The notes beneath the pieces are model-generated. The model searched no databases, had not been told where the DNA came from, and saw nothing but the letters and a program-made list of their open reading frames with translations. A stretch of 64,000 nt of DNA from an uncultured bacterium (GTDB lineage Bacteria; Verrucomicrobiota; Verrucomicrobiia; Limisphaerales; UBA8199): the NCBI GenBank assembly GCA_963749495.1, contig CAVVMW010000006.1, forward strand, positions 736,001 to 800,000. The letters are read 5' to 3'. Positions 1-9,103 of the stretch are shown in pieces (the first letter of the stretch is position 1; each line of letters begins with the position of its first letter). A program made the translations under genes and the position numbers.

Positions 1-105
1 GCGAAGCGGGAGTTAGTGGAGGGCTTTCGGAATTTGCTATTCCCCAATCGCCCCGCCGATCCCAAGCAATTGGCGGACCTGGCGGCGCAGTTCCGAAAAT
101 CCTGA
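1..105 (+). CDS. 3' end of an upstream gene (probably cas-associated), truncated by the window edge
   Basis: Open frame 1 from base 1 (AKRELVEGF...QFRKS) to TGA 103-105, co-oriented with the cas genes. Confidence 0.5.
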   Translation, partial: AKRELVEGFRNLLFPNRPADPKQLADLAAQFRKS

Positions 106-145
106 AGCAGCCACGCAAATCCGCACTTCGCTTTCCACATTTGAA

Positions 146-388
146 ATGATCCTCAACCTCTCGGAACTCTACGCCGCCACCGGCACGGCCAAGCTCGCTG
201 ATCTGCCCGCCTACGACGAACGGGTAAAGGAACTGGTCCCGCCCGGTGACGATGTCATCCTGACGGGCAATGCCCCAGTCTGGCTTTATCTGCGCCTGGC
301 GCACTCGCTCCACGGCCGCGCCCGAAAGCTCTTTTACGATTCGCCCGTCACGGGGCCGGTCGAGATTTTCAACCATGACCCCAAATAG
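146..388 (+). CDS. csx3: CRISPR-associated Csx3 (Crn3-type ring nuclease family)
   Basis: 80 aa with VILTGNAPVWLYLRLAHSLH (G..P.WLY....H..H Csx3 signature); in cas operon. Confidence 0.8.
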   Translation: MILNLSELYAATGTAKLADLPAYDERVKELVPPGDDVILTGNAPVWLYLRLAHSLHGRARKLFYDSPVTGPVEIFNHDPK

Positions 389-507
389 CGCCTGGCTCCT
401 GGCCGGCAGGCGAGGACATCCGCGGACATCCCAGGGATTTCCTCGGCGGCCAACGTGTGGTTGAATGCAATCATGACAAACCAACCGGAGAGCAAGGCGC
501 CCGAACC

Positions 508-1731
508 ATGAAAACACCCACGACAAAAGTTCTCGCGCGTCGAAACCCACACCCAGCCCGCGTGTCTGCCGCTGCCGCGCCGCAAGGCGAAACCATTCTC
601 CTGGCCGTCACCGGCATGTCGCCCGCCATCTTGACGGAAACGGTCTGGGCCTTGGCCCGAGAAAACCCGCCCGTCATTCCCGAGCGCGTTGTGGTCATTA
701 CAACCCTGCCGGGCAAGGCCCGCATTGAGGATGAACTGTTTAAGCCGTCGCCTGATTACGGCAACCGCACGGTCTGGCAGGCCTTGCGGGACGCGGTTTT
801 CCAATTCGCAGGGGGCAGCCTTCACCTCACAAAAGCGAAGTTTGATGATCTCCTGATTTTGGATGACATCCGGCTCATCGCCAGCCGCGACGCCAAACTG
901 GGCCGTTCATTTCCGGTGGAAGATATTCGCACCCCGGCAGACAACGAGACCGCCGCCGATTTCATTCTCGATGAAGTGCGCAAGATCACGGCCAATGCGG
1001 ACACCGCGCTCATCGCCTCGCTGGCGGGCGGGCGCAAGACGATGGGGGCGCTGCTCTACGCCGCGCTGTCGCTGCTGGGCCGTCCCCAGGACCGCCTCAC
1101 GCACGTTCTGGTCAGCGAGCCGTTCGAGGATCCCGGACTCGCGCCGCGTTTCTACTTCCCCGCCCAGCCGGAAACCCTGCACCAGCACCGCACCGGTGGC
1201 GTGCACACGAGCGCCGCCGCGCGCATCTGGCTGGCGGATGTGCCTTTTGTCCGGCTGCGGAAACTCTTTCCCGCACAACTGGGCCGTTATCCCGGTTCGT
1301 TCAATGGCCTGGTGCAGACTTACTCCGAGCGGATTCAGCAGATCAGCGGCCCCCCCGAAATCGCGCTGGGAGACGCCGGGTTGACGCTGGCCGTGCAGGG
1401 CCTCCAGGTGTCCCTGGCGCCACGCGAGTATGCGCTCCTGGCGTTTCTGAGCGAACGCTGCCGCGATGGTCTGCCGCCTTATGGCCAGCAGAAGGATGCC
1501 TTGAGTGATTTTACCGCCTGGCTCGCCGCCTGGGGCAAACGGTTTGGCCCGCTCACGCGCCAGCGCGAGGCGGCGGAAAACTGGCGCAACCCCAGTGAGG
1601 ATGATCTGCGCAAGCAGGTTTGTTCCCTGCGCGGCAAATTCAGGAAGGCCCAACTGGGCCTTTACGAGCCGTTTCTTCTGCCGAAACTCGGGCGCGGGGC
1701 CTTCGGGATACGCGTGCGCGTGGTCCCCTGA
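508..1731 (+). CDS. csm6: CRISPR-associated CARF protein, NE0113 family, with probable C-terminal wHTH
   Basis: ILLAVTGMSPAILTETVWAL, SLAGGRKTMG, DRLTHVLV and LADVPFVRLR motifs; no clear HEPN RxxxxH seen; ATG 508 (alternative start 457). Confidence 0.8.
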   Translation: MKTPTTKVLARRNPHPARVSAAAAPQGETILLAVTGMSPAILTETVWALARENPPVIPERVVVITTLPGKARIEDELFKPSPDYGNRTVWQALRDAVFQFAGGSLHLTKAKFDDLLILDDIRLIASRDAKLGRSFPVEDIRTPADNETAADFILDEVRKITANADTALIASLAGGRKTMGALLYAALSLLGRPQDRLTHVLVSEPFEDPGLAPRFYFPAQPETLHQHRTGGVHTSAAARIWLADVPFVRLRKLFPAQLGRYPGSFNGLVQTYSERIQQISGPPEIALGDAGLTLAVQGLQVSLAPREYALLAFLSERCRDGLPPYGQQKDALSDFTAWLAAWGKRFGPLTRQREAAENWRNPSEDDLRKQVCSLRGKFRKAQLGLYEPFLLPKLGRGAFGIRVRVVP

Positions 1732-1836
1732 CCCCACGCAGGGTTAACTCCCGGACGTTTCAGCACGTCCAAACCCGGCCGCTTCCCGAGGAAATGATTT
1801 ATCTTGCCGGCATGAATAAATGCGTGACGTTTAAAA

Positions 1837-2925
1837 ATGCCCACGGCCTGCATTAACCAGCACGATTGCCGCGTAAGCCTCAAGAGCGAACGCTTGGAGG
1901 TTTTTGGCCGCAATGAGGAGACCCAACGCGATGAGGTTTTGCGAGAGATTCCCATTCGCGACCTTGACCGCCTGATCCTGGCCGAATCCGTGCACATCAG
2001 TTCCCCGGCCCTGGCTGTGCTGTTGCGTTCCGGCATTCCCGTGAGCCTGCTTGGCTGGGATGGCCAGTTCCTCGGCGGTTTTCTGCCGACGGCCAAGGCG
2101 CACGGCCTGGCCCGGCTCCGGCAGTACCAACGCACGCTGGACCCGGACTTTGCCCGCCAAATGGCCGGCCGCATCATCACGGCCAAGGTTTACAACCAGC
2201 GCCGGGTCCTCCAGCGCCTGCTCGCCTCCCGCGCCGACATGGGCCAGGCGCCCGCGCCTGCTGATTCCGGCGCCACCCCCGCGCCCGGTGCGCAATCCCA
2301 GACCGAAAACCAGAATTCGCAAATCCAAAACGCCCTTTCCTGGCTCGATGCGCTGTTCCATCCCATCAGCCAAAGCAAGACCATTGACGAACTCCGCGGT
2401 TATGAAGGCGCGTCCACAGCGCGGTACTTCCAGGCATGGTCGGCTTTTCTGCCGGCCCAGTTCCCTTTCGAGCGCCGGAGCACCCGTCCGCCGCTGAATG
2501 CGGTCAATGCCTGCATCTCTTTTGGCGCCACTCTCCTCTACAACGAGGCTGTGGCCTTCGTCCACACGCACGGCCTTGACCCCTCTCTGGGCCTGCTCCA
2601 CTACACCGAGGACGGCCGCTGGTCGCTGGCTCTGGACCTCATCGAACCCTTCCGCCCCGCCCTGGTCGAGGCCCTGGCCCTGGACCTCTTCAGTCATCAA
2701 ATGCTCGATGAGAAACACTTCGAGCCGAGAAACGGGGGCGTATATCTGAACGATGAGGGCCGCAAGAAATTCATTCTCCAATACGAGCGCCGCATGGAGC
2801 GGCAGTTCTTGAGCGAATGCGCCGGCCACCGCACCAGCCTGCGCCAGCAACTCGAAGACCAAGCCGTCATGCTCAAAGCCGCGCTCGAACAGCCCGAGAA
2901 ATTCGAGCCCTTCCTCATGAACTGA
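1837..2925 (+). CDS. cas1: CRISPR-associated endonuclease Cas1
   Basis: LRGYEG..ARYF, RRSTRPPLNAVNACISFG, GLDPSLGLLH, LALDLIEPFRP motifs. Confidence 0.97.
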   Translation: MPTACINQHDCRVSLKSERLEVFGRNEETQRDEVLREIPIRDLDRLILAESVHISSPALAVLLRSGIPVSLLGWDGQFLGGFLPTAKAHGLARLRQYQRTLDPDFARQMAGRIITAKVYNQRRVLQRLLASRADMGQAPAPADSGATPAPGAQSQTENQNSQIQNALSWLDALFHPISQSKTIDELRGYEGASTARYFQAWSAFLPAQFPFERRSTRPPLNAVNACISFGATLLYNEAVAFVHTHGLDPSLGLLHYTEDGRWSLALDLIEPFRPALVEALALDLFSHQMLDEKHFEPRNGGVYLNDEGRKKFILQYERRMERQFLSECAGHRTSLRQQLEDQAVMLKAALEQPEKFEPFLMN

Positions 2926-3308
2926 TGGCAAACCGATGGACAGACCCCAATTCAGCCGAGAAAACGGGAGATTGGTGGGGGCAGGCTTTCCCCCGGGTCC
3001 CCTATGAGAGCAAGCCGCCAGGAGAAAACGAAATGGTAGCCGTGGTGGCATACGACATTTCTGATCCGAAACGGCTCGCCAAAGCCGCCAAAATTTGCGA
3101 GGACTTTGGCGTGCGCGTCCAATACAGCATCTTCGAGTGCCACGTCGACCAGGAAGTTTTCAACGAGTTTTGGCTCAAACTCCTGGCGGTTATCGACGAG
3201 GATCAGGACCGCCTTGTCGCCTACAAACTCGATGCGCGCTGCGCCAAAGAAACCGAAACCGCCGGGACCATGGTATGTTCGGAAAAGGCGGTTTGCTACC
3301 TCGTATGA
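2925..3308 (+). CDS. cas2: CRISPR-associated Cas2 with ~36 aa N-terminal extension
   Basis: VVAYDISDPKRL..AAKICEDFG.RVQYSIFEC; ATG overlaps the cas1 stop (TGATG). Confidence 0.95.
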   Translation: MANRWTDPNSAEKTGDWWGQAFPRVPYESKPPGENEMVAVVAYDISDPKRLAKAAKICEDFGVRVQYSIFECHVDQEVFNEFWLKLLAVIDEDQDRLVAYKLDARCAKETETAGTMVCSEKAVCYLV

Positions 3309-3507
3309 AGCCTCTTCAGGTCGCGAGATTACCACGCCCAAAAGCCGGCACCTGCCGACCTGGATGGCAAACCATTGCGGGCACTGAACTTACGCCGAAA
3401 AACTCAAAAAACAAAGCCGCCGCAGCAAGATGTGGGCCATGGAAATTTCCGCCTCGTGACCCAGCGCGGGCTTGCGCCCTTGCGCCCCAATGGGTTACAT
3501 ACCCGAA
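3309..3507 (+). promoter_or_regulatory. CRISPR leader
   Basis: Non-coding stretch between cas2 and repeat 1; the degenerate repeat is at the far end of the array. Confidence 0.65.
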
Positions 3508-4962
3508 GGCTGGAACGTGGTGAACGCCGAAAGGCAATGGTGACGCCTCCGCGCGGCCATTGATGCCGGCGGCACTGCCGGAGGCTGGAACGTGGTGAAC
3601 GCCGAAAGGCAATGGTGACAATCGGCCGGCCAGCGGCATCTGGGATTCGAGGAGGGTGGCTGGAACGTGGTGAACGCCGAAAGGCAATGGTGACCCATGG
3701 AATCGCTTCCCTCTGATGATCCGGTACTGGTCGGGCTGGAACGTGGTGAACGCCGAAAGGCAATGGTGACAATCGGCCGGCCAGCGGCATCTGGGATTCG
3801 AGGAGGGTGGCTGGAACGTGGTGAACGCCGAAAGGCAATGGTGACACCGATTCAGCCGGTGGACGCCCCGCCGGGCGTTTCGGGCTGGAACGTGGTGAAC
3901 GCCGAAAGGCAATGGTGACCTCCGGTCGCTTTCTGGGGCTTTCGCCCCTGTTTTTCAGGGCTGGAACGTGGTGAACGCCGAAAGGCAATGGTGACGCTGG
4001 CCGCACTGCTCGCACCTGCCCGCCGCCCGCGGCTGGAACGTGGTGAACGCCGAAAGGCAATGGTGACTTTCGAGCAGTTCGTTGACTGCCCAGTGAGGCA
4101 TGCTCGGGCTGGAACGTGGTGAACGCCGAAAGGCAATGGTGACCCGATGCCCTCAACCAACGGCATGTCGTCCAAGTGGTGGCTGGAACGTGGTGAACGC
4201 CGAAAGGCAATGGTGACCATGTCGCGCCAGTCGCGGTGTTTGGCAAAGGCCGCTTCGGCTGGAACGTGGTGAACGCCGAAAGGCAATGGTGACTTGACTG
4301 CCCACCGAGGCATGCTCGAATCATCCTCATGGCTGGAACGTGGTGAACGCCGAAAGGCAATGGTGACGTCTTCATCTGTCATTACCTTTCTGGGGCTTTC
4401 GCCCCGGCTGGAACGTGGTGAACGCCGAAAGGCAATGGTGACTTGAGGAGGAATTTCACTAGTTCACCCTCTGTGCCGAGGCTGGAACGTGGTGAACGCC
4501 GAAAGGCAATGGTGACTTCGCCCCTTTCTGGGGCTTTCGCCCCTGTTTTTTCGGCTGGAACGTGGTGAACGCCGAAAGGCAATGGTGACACGCCGGGGAT
4601 TACGCACCCCGGCCCGCGTCACAGATGGCTGGAACGTGGTGAACGCCGAAAGGCAATGGTGACTCAGCATCCGACACAGGACAGTAAACCCCAATTCTAA
4701 GGGGCTGGAACGTGGTGAACGCCGAAAGGCAATGGTGACCCCCCGTCGCGGGAGGCCCTTGCGACTTCTGTTGCGGCTGGAACGTGGTGAACGCCGAAAG
4801 GCAATGGTGACTCCGCCAAGGGCCCGTTGGTTTCCCCGTCCAACTTGAGGGCTGGAACGTGGTGAACGCCGAAAGGCAATGGTGACAAAACGAACCGCTA
4901 ATCTGCGCTCATCTCCGCTTATCCGGGCTGGAACGTGGTGAACGCCGAAAGGCAATGGCGGC
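3508..4962 (+). CRISPR. CRISPR array: 20 repeats of 37 bp (GGCTGGAACGTGGTGAACGCCGAAAGGCAATGGTGAC), 19 spacers of 35-39 bp
   Basis: Repeats start at 3508, 3583, 3658, 3734, 3809, 3883, 3959, 4031, 4107, 4181, 4257, 4331, 4406, 4480, 4553, 4627, 4703, 4775, 4850, 4926; the last ends GGCGGC; internal GCC-GAAA-GGC hairpin. Confidence 0.99.
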
Positions 4963-5448
4963 ATAAACCGCTAATTGGCGCTAATGGACGCTAATCTGAG
5001 TGGCAGTGACCGGAAGGCGCAAAGGCAGTGAGGACATCTGCTGGACGTCCGCTACGCCGGACTCGTCCATGGTTCCAGTGGTGTTAAGGCCGCAACGGAG
5101 TGACGACTGCGATAGCCGATGGGCAATAGCCAATAGCCGATGAGGTTGCCGTGACCGGAAGGCCCAGGGGCAGTAGCGGCAGATAGCCGATAGCCGATAG
5201 GTGATTAGTTGGAGTGGCCGGAAGGCCGGAAGGGAGTGGCGGCAGCCTCGCGAGCGCCAGGGGGTGGTCAGGGTCCGGTTGCAGGGGGAGGAGGCTGAAA
5301 GGGGTGCCATGTACGCAAGCGAGCCTCGATGCCGAAAAACCGAAGGTGAGAGCCGAAGGAGATTACACGGCAAAGAACTTCTTCACGCAGAAGGGCCTGG
5401 AATGTTTGGCCAACTTGCTGGATATTTGGTGAAAATCTGAAAGAAAAC

Positions 5449-5877
5449 ATGTCAAGATCATTCACACTTTTCCTGCCGGCCACCGCTCGAATTGTCATGG
5501 GGCTGATGTTCTTCGTCTTCGGACTGAACGGATTCCTGCACTTCATTCCAGAACCCAAGACGCCGATGCCCGAGGCGGCGGGCGCCTTTGCCGGAGCGCT
5601 GATGAAAACGGGATACATGTTCCCCCTGGTCATGGGAACGCAGTTGCTCGCCGGAGTGCTGCTCCTGCTAAACCGTTTTGTGCCGCTGGCCTTGGCGCTC
5701 ATCGCGCCGATCATTGTCGGCATCGCCACGTTTCACATCTTCCTCGCGCCGTCAGGCCTCGGTCCGGGCCTTGTCGCGCTGGTGCTGGAACTTTATCTCG
5801 CCTGGGCATATCGAAACGCGTTTGGCCCCATGCTCGCCATGCGGACAGAGCCTGCGAGCGCCAAGGCGAGCAATTAG
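5449..5877 (+). CDS. DoxX family membrane protein
   Basis: ARIVMGLMFFVFGLNGFLHF...TGYMFPLV...; four hydrophobic segments. Confidence 0.85.
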   Translation: MSRSFTLFLPATARIVMGLMFFVFGLNGFLHFIPEPKTPMPEAAGAFAGALMKTGYMFPLVMGTQLLAGVLLLLNRFVPLALALIAPIIVGIATFHIFLAPSGLGPGLVALVLELYLAWAYRNAFGPMLAMRTEPASAKASN

Positions 5878-6074
5878 GCGGTGGAAATAAATAAAGGCAG
5901 CAAACCGGGGGCGTCGGCGATCCAGGCCGGGATGAGCGACGCCGCGAGGGTGGAGCGGAACGAGTAATCGTCCAGACGGGTCAACGGCACCGTGATGAGG
6001 TTGTTGGGCAGGTATTGGCTGAGCTATGACTGGTGCTATGCCGACTTGGCCGAGGAAGCGCTTCCGCTTATGCG

Positions 6075-7403
6075 TCATGCCTCCGGCAGTTTCCACTCGC
6101 CGCGGAAGGGGCGCGGTTGCAAGCTGGCGTTGGGCGCGTGATCGTTTAGAAACCGCTCGGCTTGTGGATCCCATTGCAGTTTGCGGCCCTGTTTCACCGC
6201 GATTAAGGCAAGCTGGCACAGTGTGTCGGATCGCACGGCGGTCTCGATGTCGCAGATCGCCCGCCGGCCGTTCCTGATAGCATCCAGAAAATCACGGGTG
6301 TGATCGCCGCTGATCGGCAGCTTGATCGGCATCGCGCCAACCTTGTTTTTCGGGTCCTCGAGGAACTTTTCCTCATGGGCCGTGATGTCGCCGCGCACCA
6401 CATAGACCCAGCCCGAACTGCCCACGAAACGGAGTCCGTTGGTGAATCCCAGCGTGCCGTCGCTGACAAACACCACCGGGGCCGCGTTGGCGTACTCGAA
6501 GCGGACCCGCCAGCGCTCGATGGCATCGAAGGCGCCCTCCTTGGGGAATTCGCCTGTGCCTTCCACCGCGCTCGGGCCCGTCGCGTCCGTCCCGTTGCCC
6601 CATTGGGCGATGTCCAGGTGGTGAATGCCCCAGCACGAAATCATGCCCAGCGAGAACTGGGTCATGTTCTCGTGGTTGTCGCGCTGGAGCTTCGCCTCAT
6701 GGAAGGGCGTGAACGGCGCCGGGCCCACCCAGCGGTCCCAATCCAGATAATCGGGCACCGGTTGTTCGGCAAAGGCGGGGCCGTGCCTGCCTCCGGGCAC
6801 CGAGACCTGGATCTCCTCGAGCTTGCCCAACCGCCCGTTCAGCGCCAGTTCGCAGGCCAGCCGAAATCGCCAATCGGATCGCTGCTGCGTGCCGAACTGG
6901 AAGACGACGCCCTGCTTGCGCACCGCCGCCCGCACCCGCCGCGCCTCCTCGAATGACAAGCCCATCGGTTTCTCGTGGTAAATGTGCTTGCCGTGCAGAA
7001 CCGCGTCGAGGGCCGGCACGCTGTGCCAGTGCACCGGCAAGGCCATGAGCACCGCATCAATGGAACGGTCCGCGTTCAACTCTCTGAAATCGCTGAACAC
7101 CTTCACGTCGGGGCTGCCGTAGGCGGCGGCGATGTGGGCACGCGCGCTCTCGATGTTGCGCCGGTTCACGTCGCAAATCGCGGTCACCCGCGCATCTGCT
7201 TTGCCCAGGAAGTTGCGCATGTCCGGCTGTCCTTGCGCCCCCACGCCCAGGACACCGACAGTGATTTTGCCGGACGGCGGTGTCTGACCATCAGCCCCCA
7301 GCACATGGGCCGGTGTGCACAAGGGAGCCGCGCTGGCGGCCAGGATGGATTTGAGGAATTGCCGCCGGTTCGGCGCGAAGCACTTGAGGGCAATGGGATT
7401 CAT
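6075..7403 (-). CDS. Gfo/Idh/MocA oxidoreductase with Tat signal
   Basis: NRRQFLK, VGVLGVGAQG, HIYHEKP, FQFGTQQRS, WGIHHLDIAQW. Confidence 0.93.
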   Translation of the reverse strand: MNPIALKCFAPNRRQFLKSILAASAAPLCTPAHVLGADGQTPPSGKITVGVLGVGAQGQPDMRNFLGKADARVTAICDVNRRNIESARAHIAAAYGSPDVKVFSDFRELNADRSIDAVLMALPVHWHSVPALDAVLHGKHIYHEKPMGLSFEEARRVRAAVRKQGVVFQFGTQQRSDWRFRLACELALNGRLGKLEEIQVSVPGGRHGPAFAEQPVPDYLDWDRWVGPAPFTPFHEAKLQRDNHENMTQFSLGMISCWGIHHLDIAQWGNGTDATGPSAVEGTGEFPKEGAFDAIERWRVRFEYANAAPVVFVSDGTLGFTNGLRFVGSSGWVYVVRGDITAHEEKFLEDPKNKVGAMPIKLPISGDHTRDFLDAIRNGRRAICDIETAVRSDTLCQLALIAVKQGRKLQWDPQAERFLNDHAPNASLQPRPFRGEWKLPEA

Positions 7404-8806
7404 GTCAATTCTCTGATGAGTGCCGTGTCCAGGTCCAAGGCCCAGGGTGGGAGCCAGCCGGCGATGTTGCTGAGCGGCAGGACTGATTCGTCAATATCTA
7501 TCCCGAGGGCATCCCGCATGAACCCGCGGCGCGCTTGCACGCGCTTCCATAGGTCCGGGAACCCTTGAGCCAGTTGCCCCCGCAATCGCGCGTCGGCCAG
7601 GACAATGCCGTCTTCGCCATTGATATAGCAAAAGGGGCCAAGCGACACCGGAATAATGTCCATCTGCAGCGCCATGCCCGAGCGCAGCCTGACGCGGCTC
7701 TCAGCGGAGAAAGGCGAATGGAGCCATTCGTCCAGGTGCAAGTAATGGCCGGGATTGACGGCGAAGCGGTAGAGTTTGCCGTCCCGGACATCCTCAACGG
7801 CGCGCGCCACGGCGCCGGCGCTCGCACCGACCCGAACGTTTTCATACCAGGTGGCAACCACATGGAAATAGTTCGTGGCCAATGGCAGATAGAACTCGCG
7901 CAGGGCGCCGGCCAGATCGCCAGGGCCGGCAGCAATCATGCCGGCGCGAGAGGTCAGGGCCCCTTGGACGCCAAAGCCGACAGTATAGGGATCGCCCCGC
8001 TTGGCCCGTTGGGCCGATGGGCTGGACAGGCCGCGCCGGGCTTTGTCCCCAAAACTAACCATGCGGTGACAACTGAGCGGCAGGCCGCGCGTATCAAGGT
8101 GTTTTTCCAATTCGCACTCGGCCAGGCCCGGGCGGAGGTGGCGCAACAAACTCAGGACACCTTCCGAAGTCACACAGGAGGCGTATTCGAACTGGGCGAT
8201 CTGGGCCGGCTCATTGATGACTCGCAGGCCGTCGCGAACGTCCATGAAAAGCCCGTTGGCATTCACGACGCGCTTTGGCTTGCCCGTCAGCTCGCGCAGG
8301 AGGTCGGCAAGGTAGGCCGGCACATCGAGCGCCAGCGGGCCTCCTGGAAGCAGCTTGTCGTCAAAATGCTTCCAGCCGACGCACCCGATGCGTTGAGCGC
8401 GGCCGACGCCGAAGTCTCCCAAAATCTGCCTCAACGGCCGCGAGGCATTCCGTGGCTGACCCATGAGACTGAACTCCTGGAATAGTTCGACCTCCAATCC
8501 GAGCCCCTGGGTGTCAGGCAGGTATCCCAGGCATTCATTGCCGACTAGAAGCTTGCGGCAACCTTCGGACGACAGCAGCAACAGCGCTTCTTCAAAGCGT
8601 GGATCAAAACCGGTCAGATAAGCCAGGTTCGCGCAATGCTCCCGGTCGGCATAGACGACCAGCGTATCCTGCTTTTCGGCGCGCAAGCGCTCCACGGTCC
8701 GGGCCAAACGCGTCCGATACAGTTCGGCCGGAATGTCCGGACATGCGCGAGCGCGCCCGAAGGACGGGAGCGCGACGCGCCCGGTGGTGATCGAGGTGCC
8801 TTTCAT
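7400..8806 (-). CDS. M24 (Xaa-Pro aminopeptidase-like) protein
   Basis: Creatinase-like N-terminus (VVYADREH.NLAYLTGFDPRFEE), NPGHYLHLDEW, EDGIVLAD. Confidence 0.8.
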   Translation of the reverse strand: MKGTSITTGRVALPSFGRARACPDIPAELYRTRLARTVERLRAEKQDTLVVYADREHCANLAYLTGFDPRFEEALLLLSSEGCRKLLVGNECLGYLPDTQGLGLEVELFQEFSLMGQPRNASRPLRQILGDFGVGRAQRIGCVGWKHFDDKLLPGGPLALDVPAYLADLLRELTGKPKRVVNANGLFMDVRDGLRVINEPAQIAQFEYASCVTSEGVLSLLRHLRPGLAECELEKHLDTRGLPLSCHRMVSFGDKARRGLSSPSAQRAKRGDPYTVGFGVQGALTSRAGMIAAGPGDLAGALREFYLPLATNYFHVVATWYENVRVGASAGAVARAVEDVRDGKLYRFAVNPGHYLHLDEWLHSPFSAESRVRLRSGMALQMDIIPVSLGPFCYINGEDGIVLADARLRGQLAQGFPDLWKRVQARRGFMRDALGIDIDESVLPLSNIAGWLPPWALDLDTALIRELT

Positions 8807-9103
8807 GCCCCGACCATAATCCGAAAGCTACAGCAGCGGCAAGTCACTTTGCATCGCGGTGGGCGGCAGGCCGATCCGCGCCTCCCGCCGCAGCGCCCAG
8901 TGGTGCCTCGATGATTGGGTCTAGCCGCACCAAAGGAACAGGAGTCCCGCAGGGACGGCTGGAAACGACGCCCAGATCACGCTGTCCAATGGAGGAACGC
9001 TTGACCTCAGTCCGCTTGGCTCCAGAATGACGCCGGTGACTGTGCATTGGAAAATGAACTCGACCATCAACCACTCCTTCCTGGCAAGCTCATCATCAAA
9101 ACC

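Noticed and set aside
3695..3733. CTGATGA in spacer 3 as a hammerhead ribozyme core
   Set aside because: No canonical stem II/GAAA within the spacer, and the antisense reads as plausible coding sequence.
3545..4925. Spacers targeting the island in this window
   Set aside because: No match noticed by eye; not exhaustively aligned.
3316..4964. Long ORFs across the CRISPR array
   Set aside because: Translations of repeats (SPLPFGVHHVPA units), not genes.
5005..5240. GTG(A/G)CCGGAAGGC x3 and GATAGCC heptamers as a second CRISPR array or tracrRNA
   Set aside because: Irregular spacing, short match, and no convincing complementarity to the repeat.
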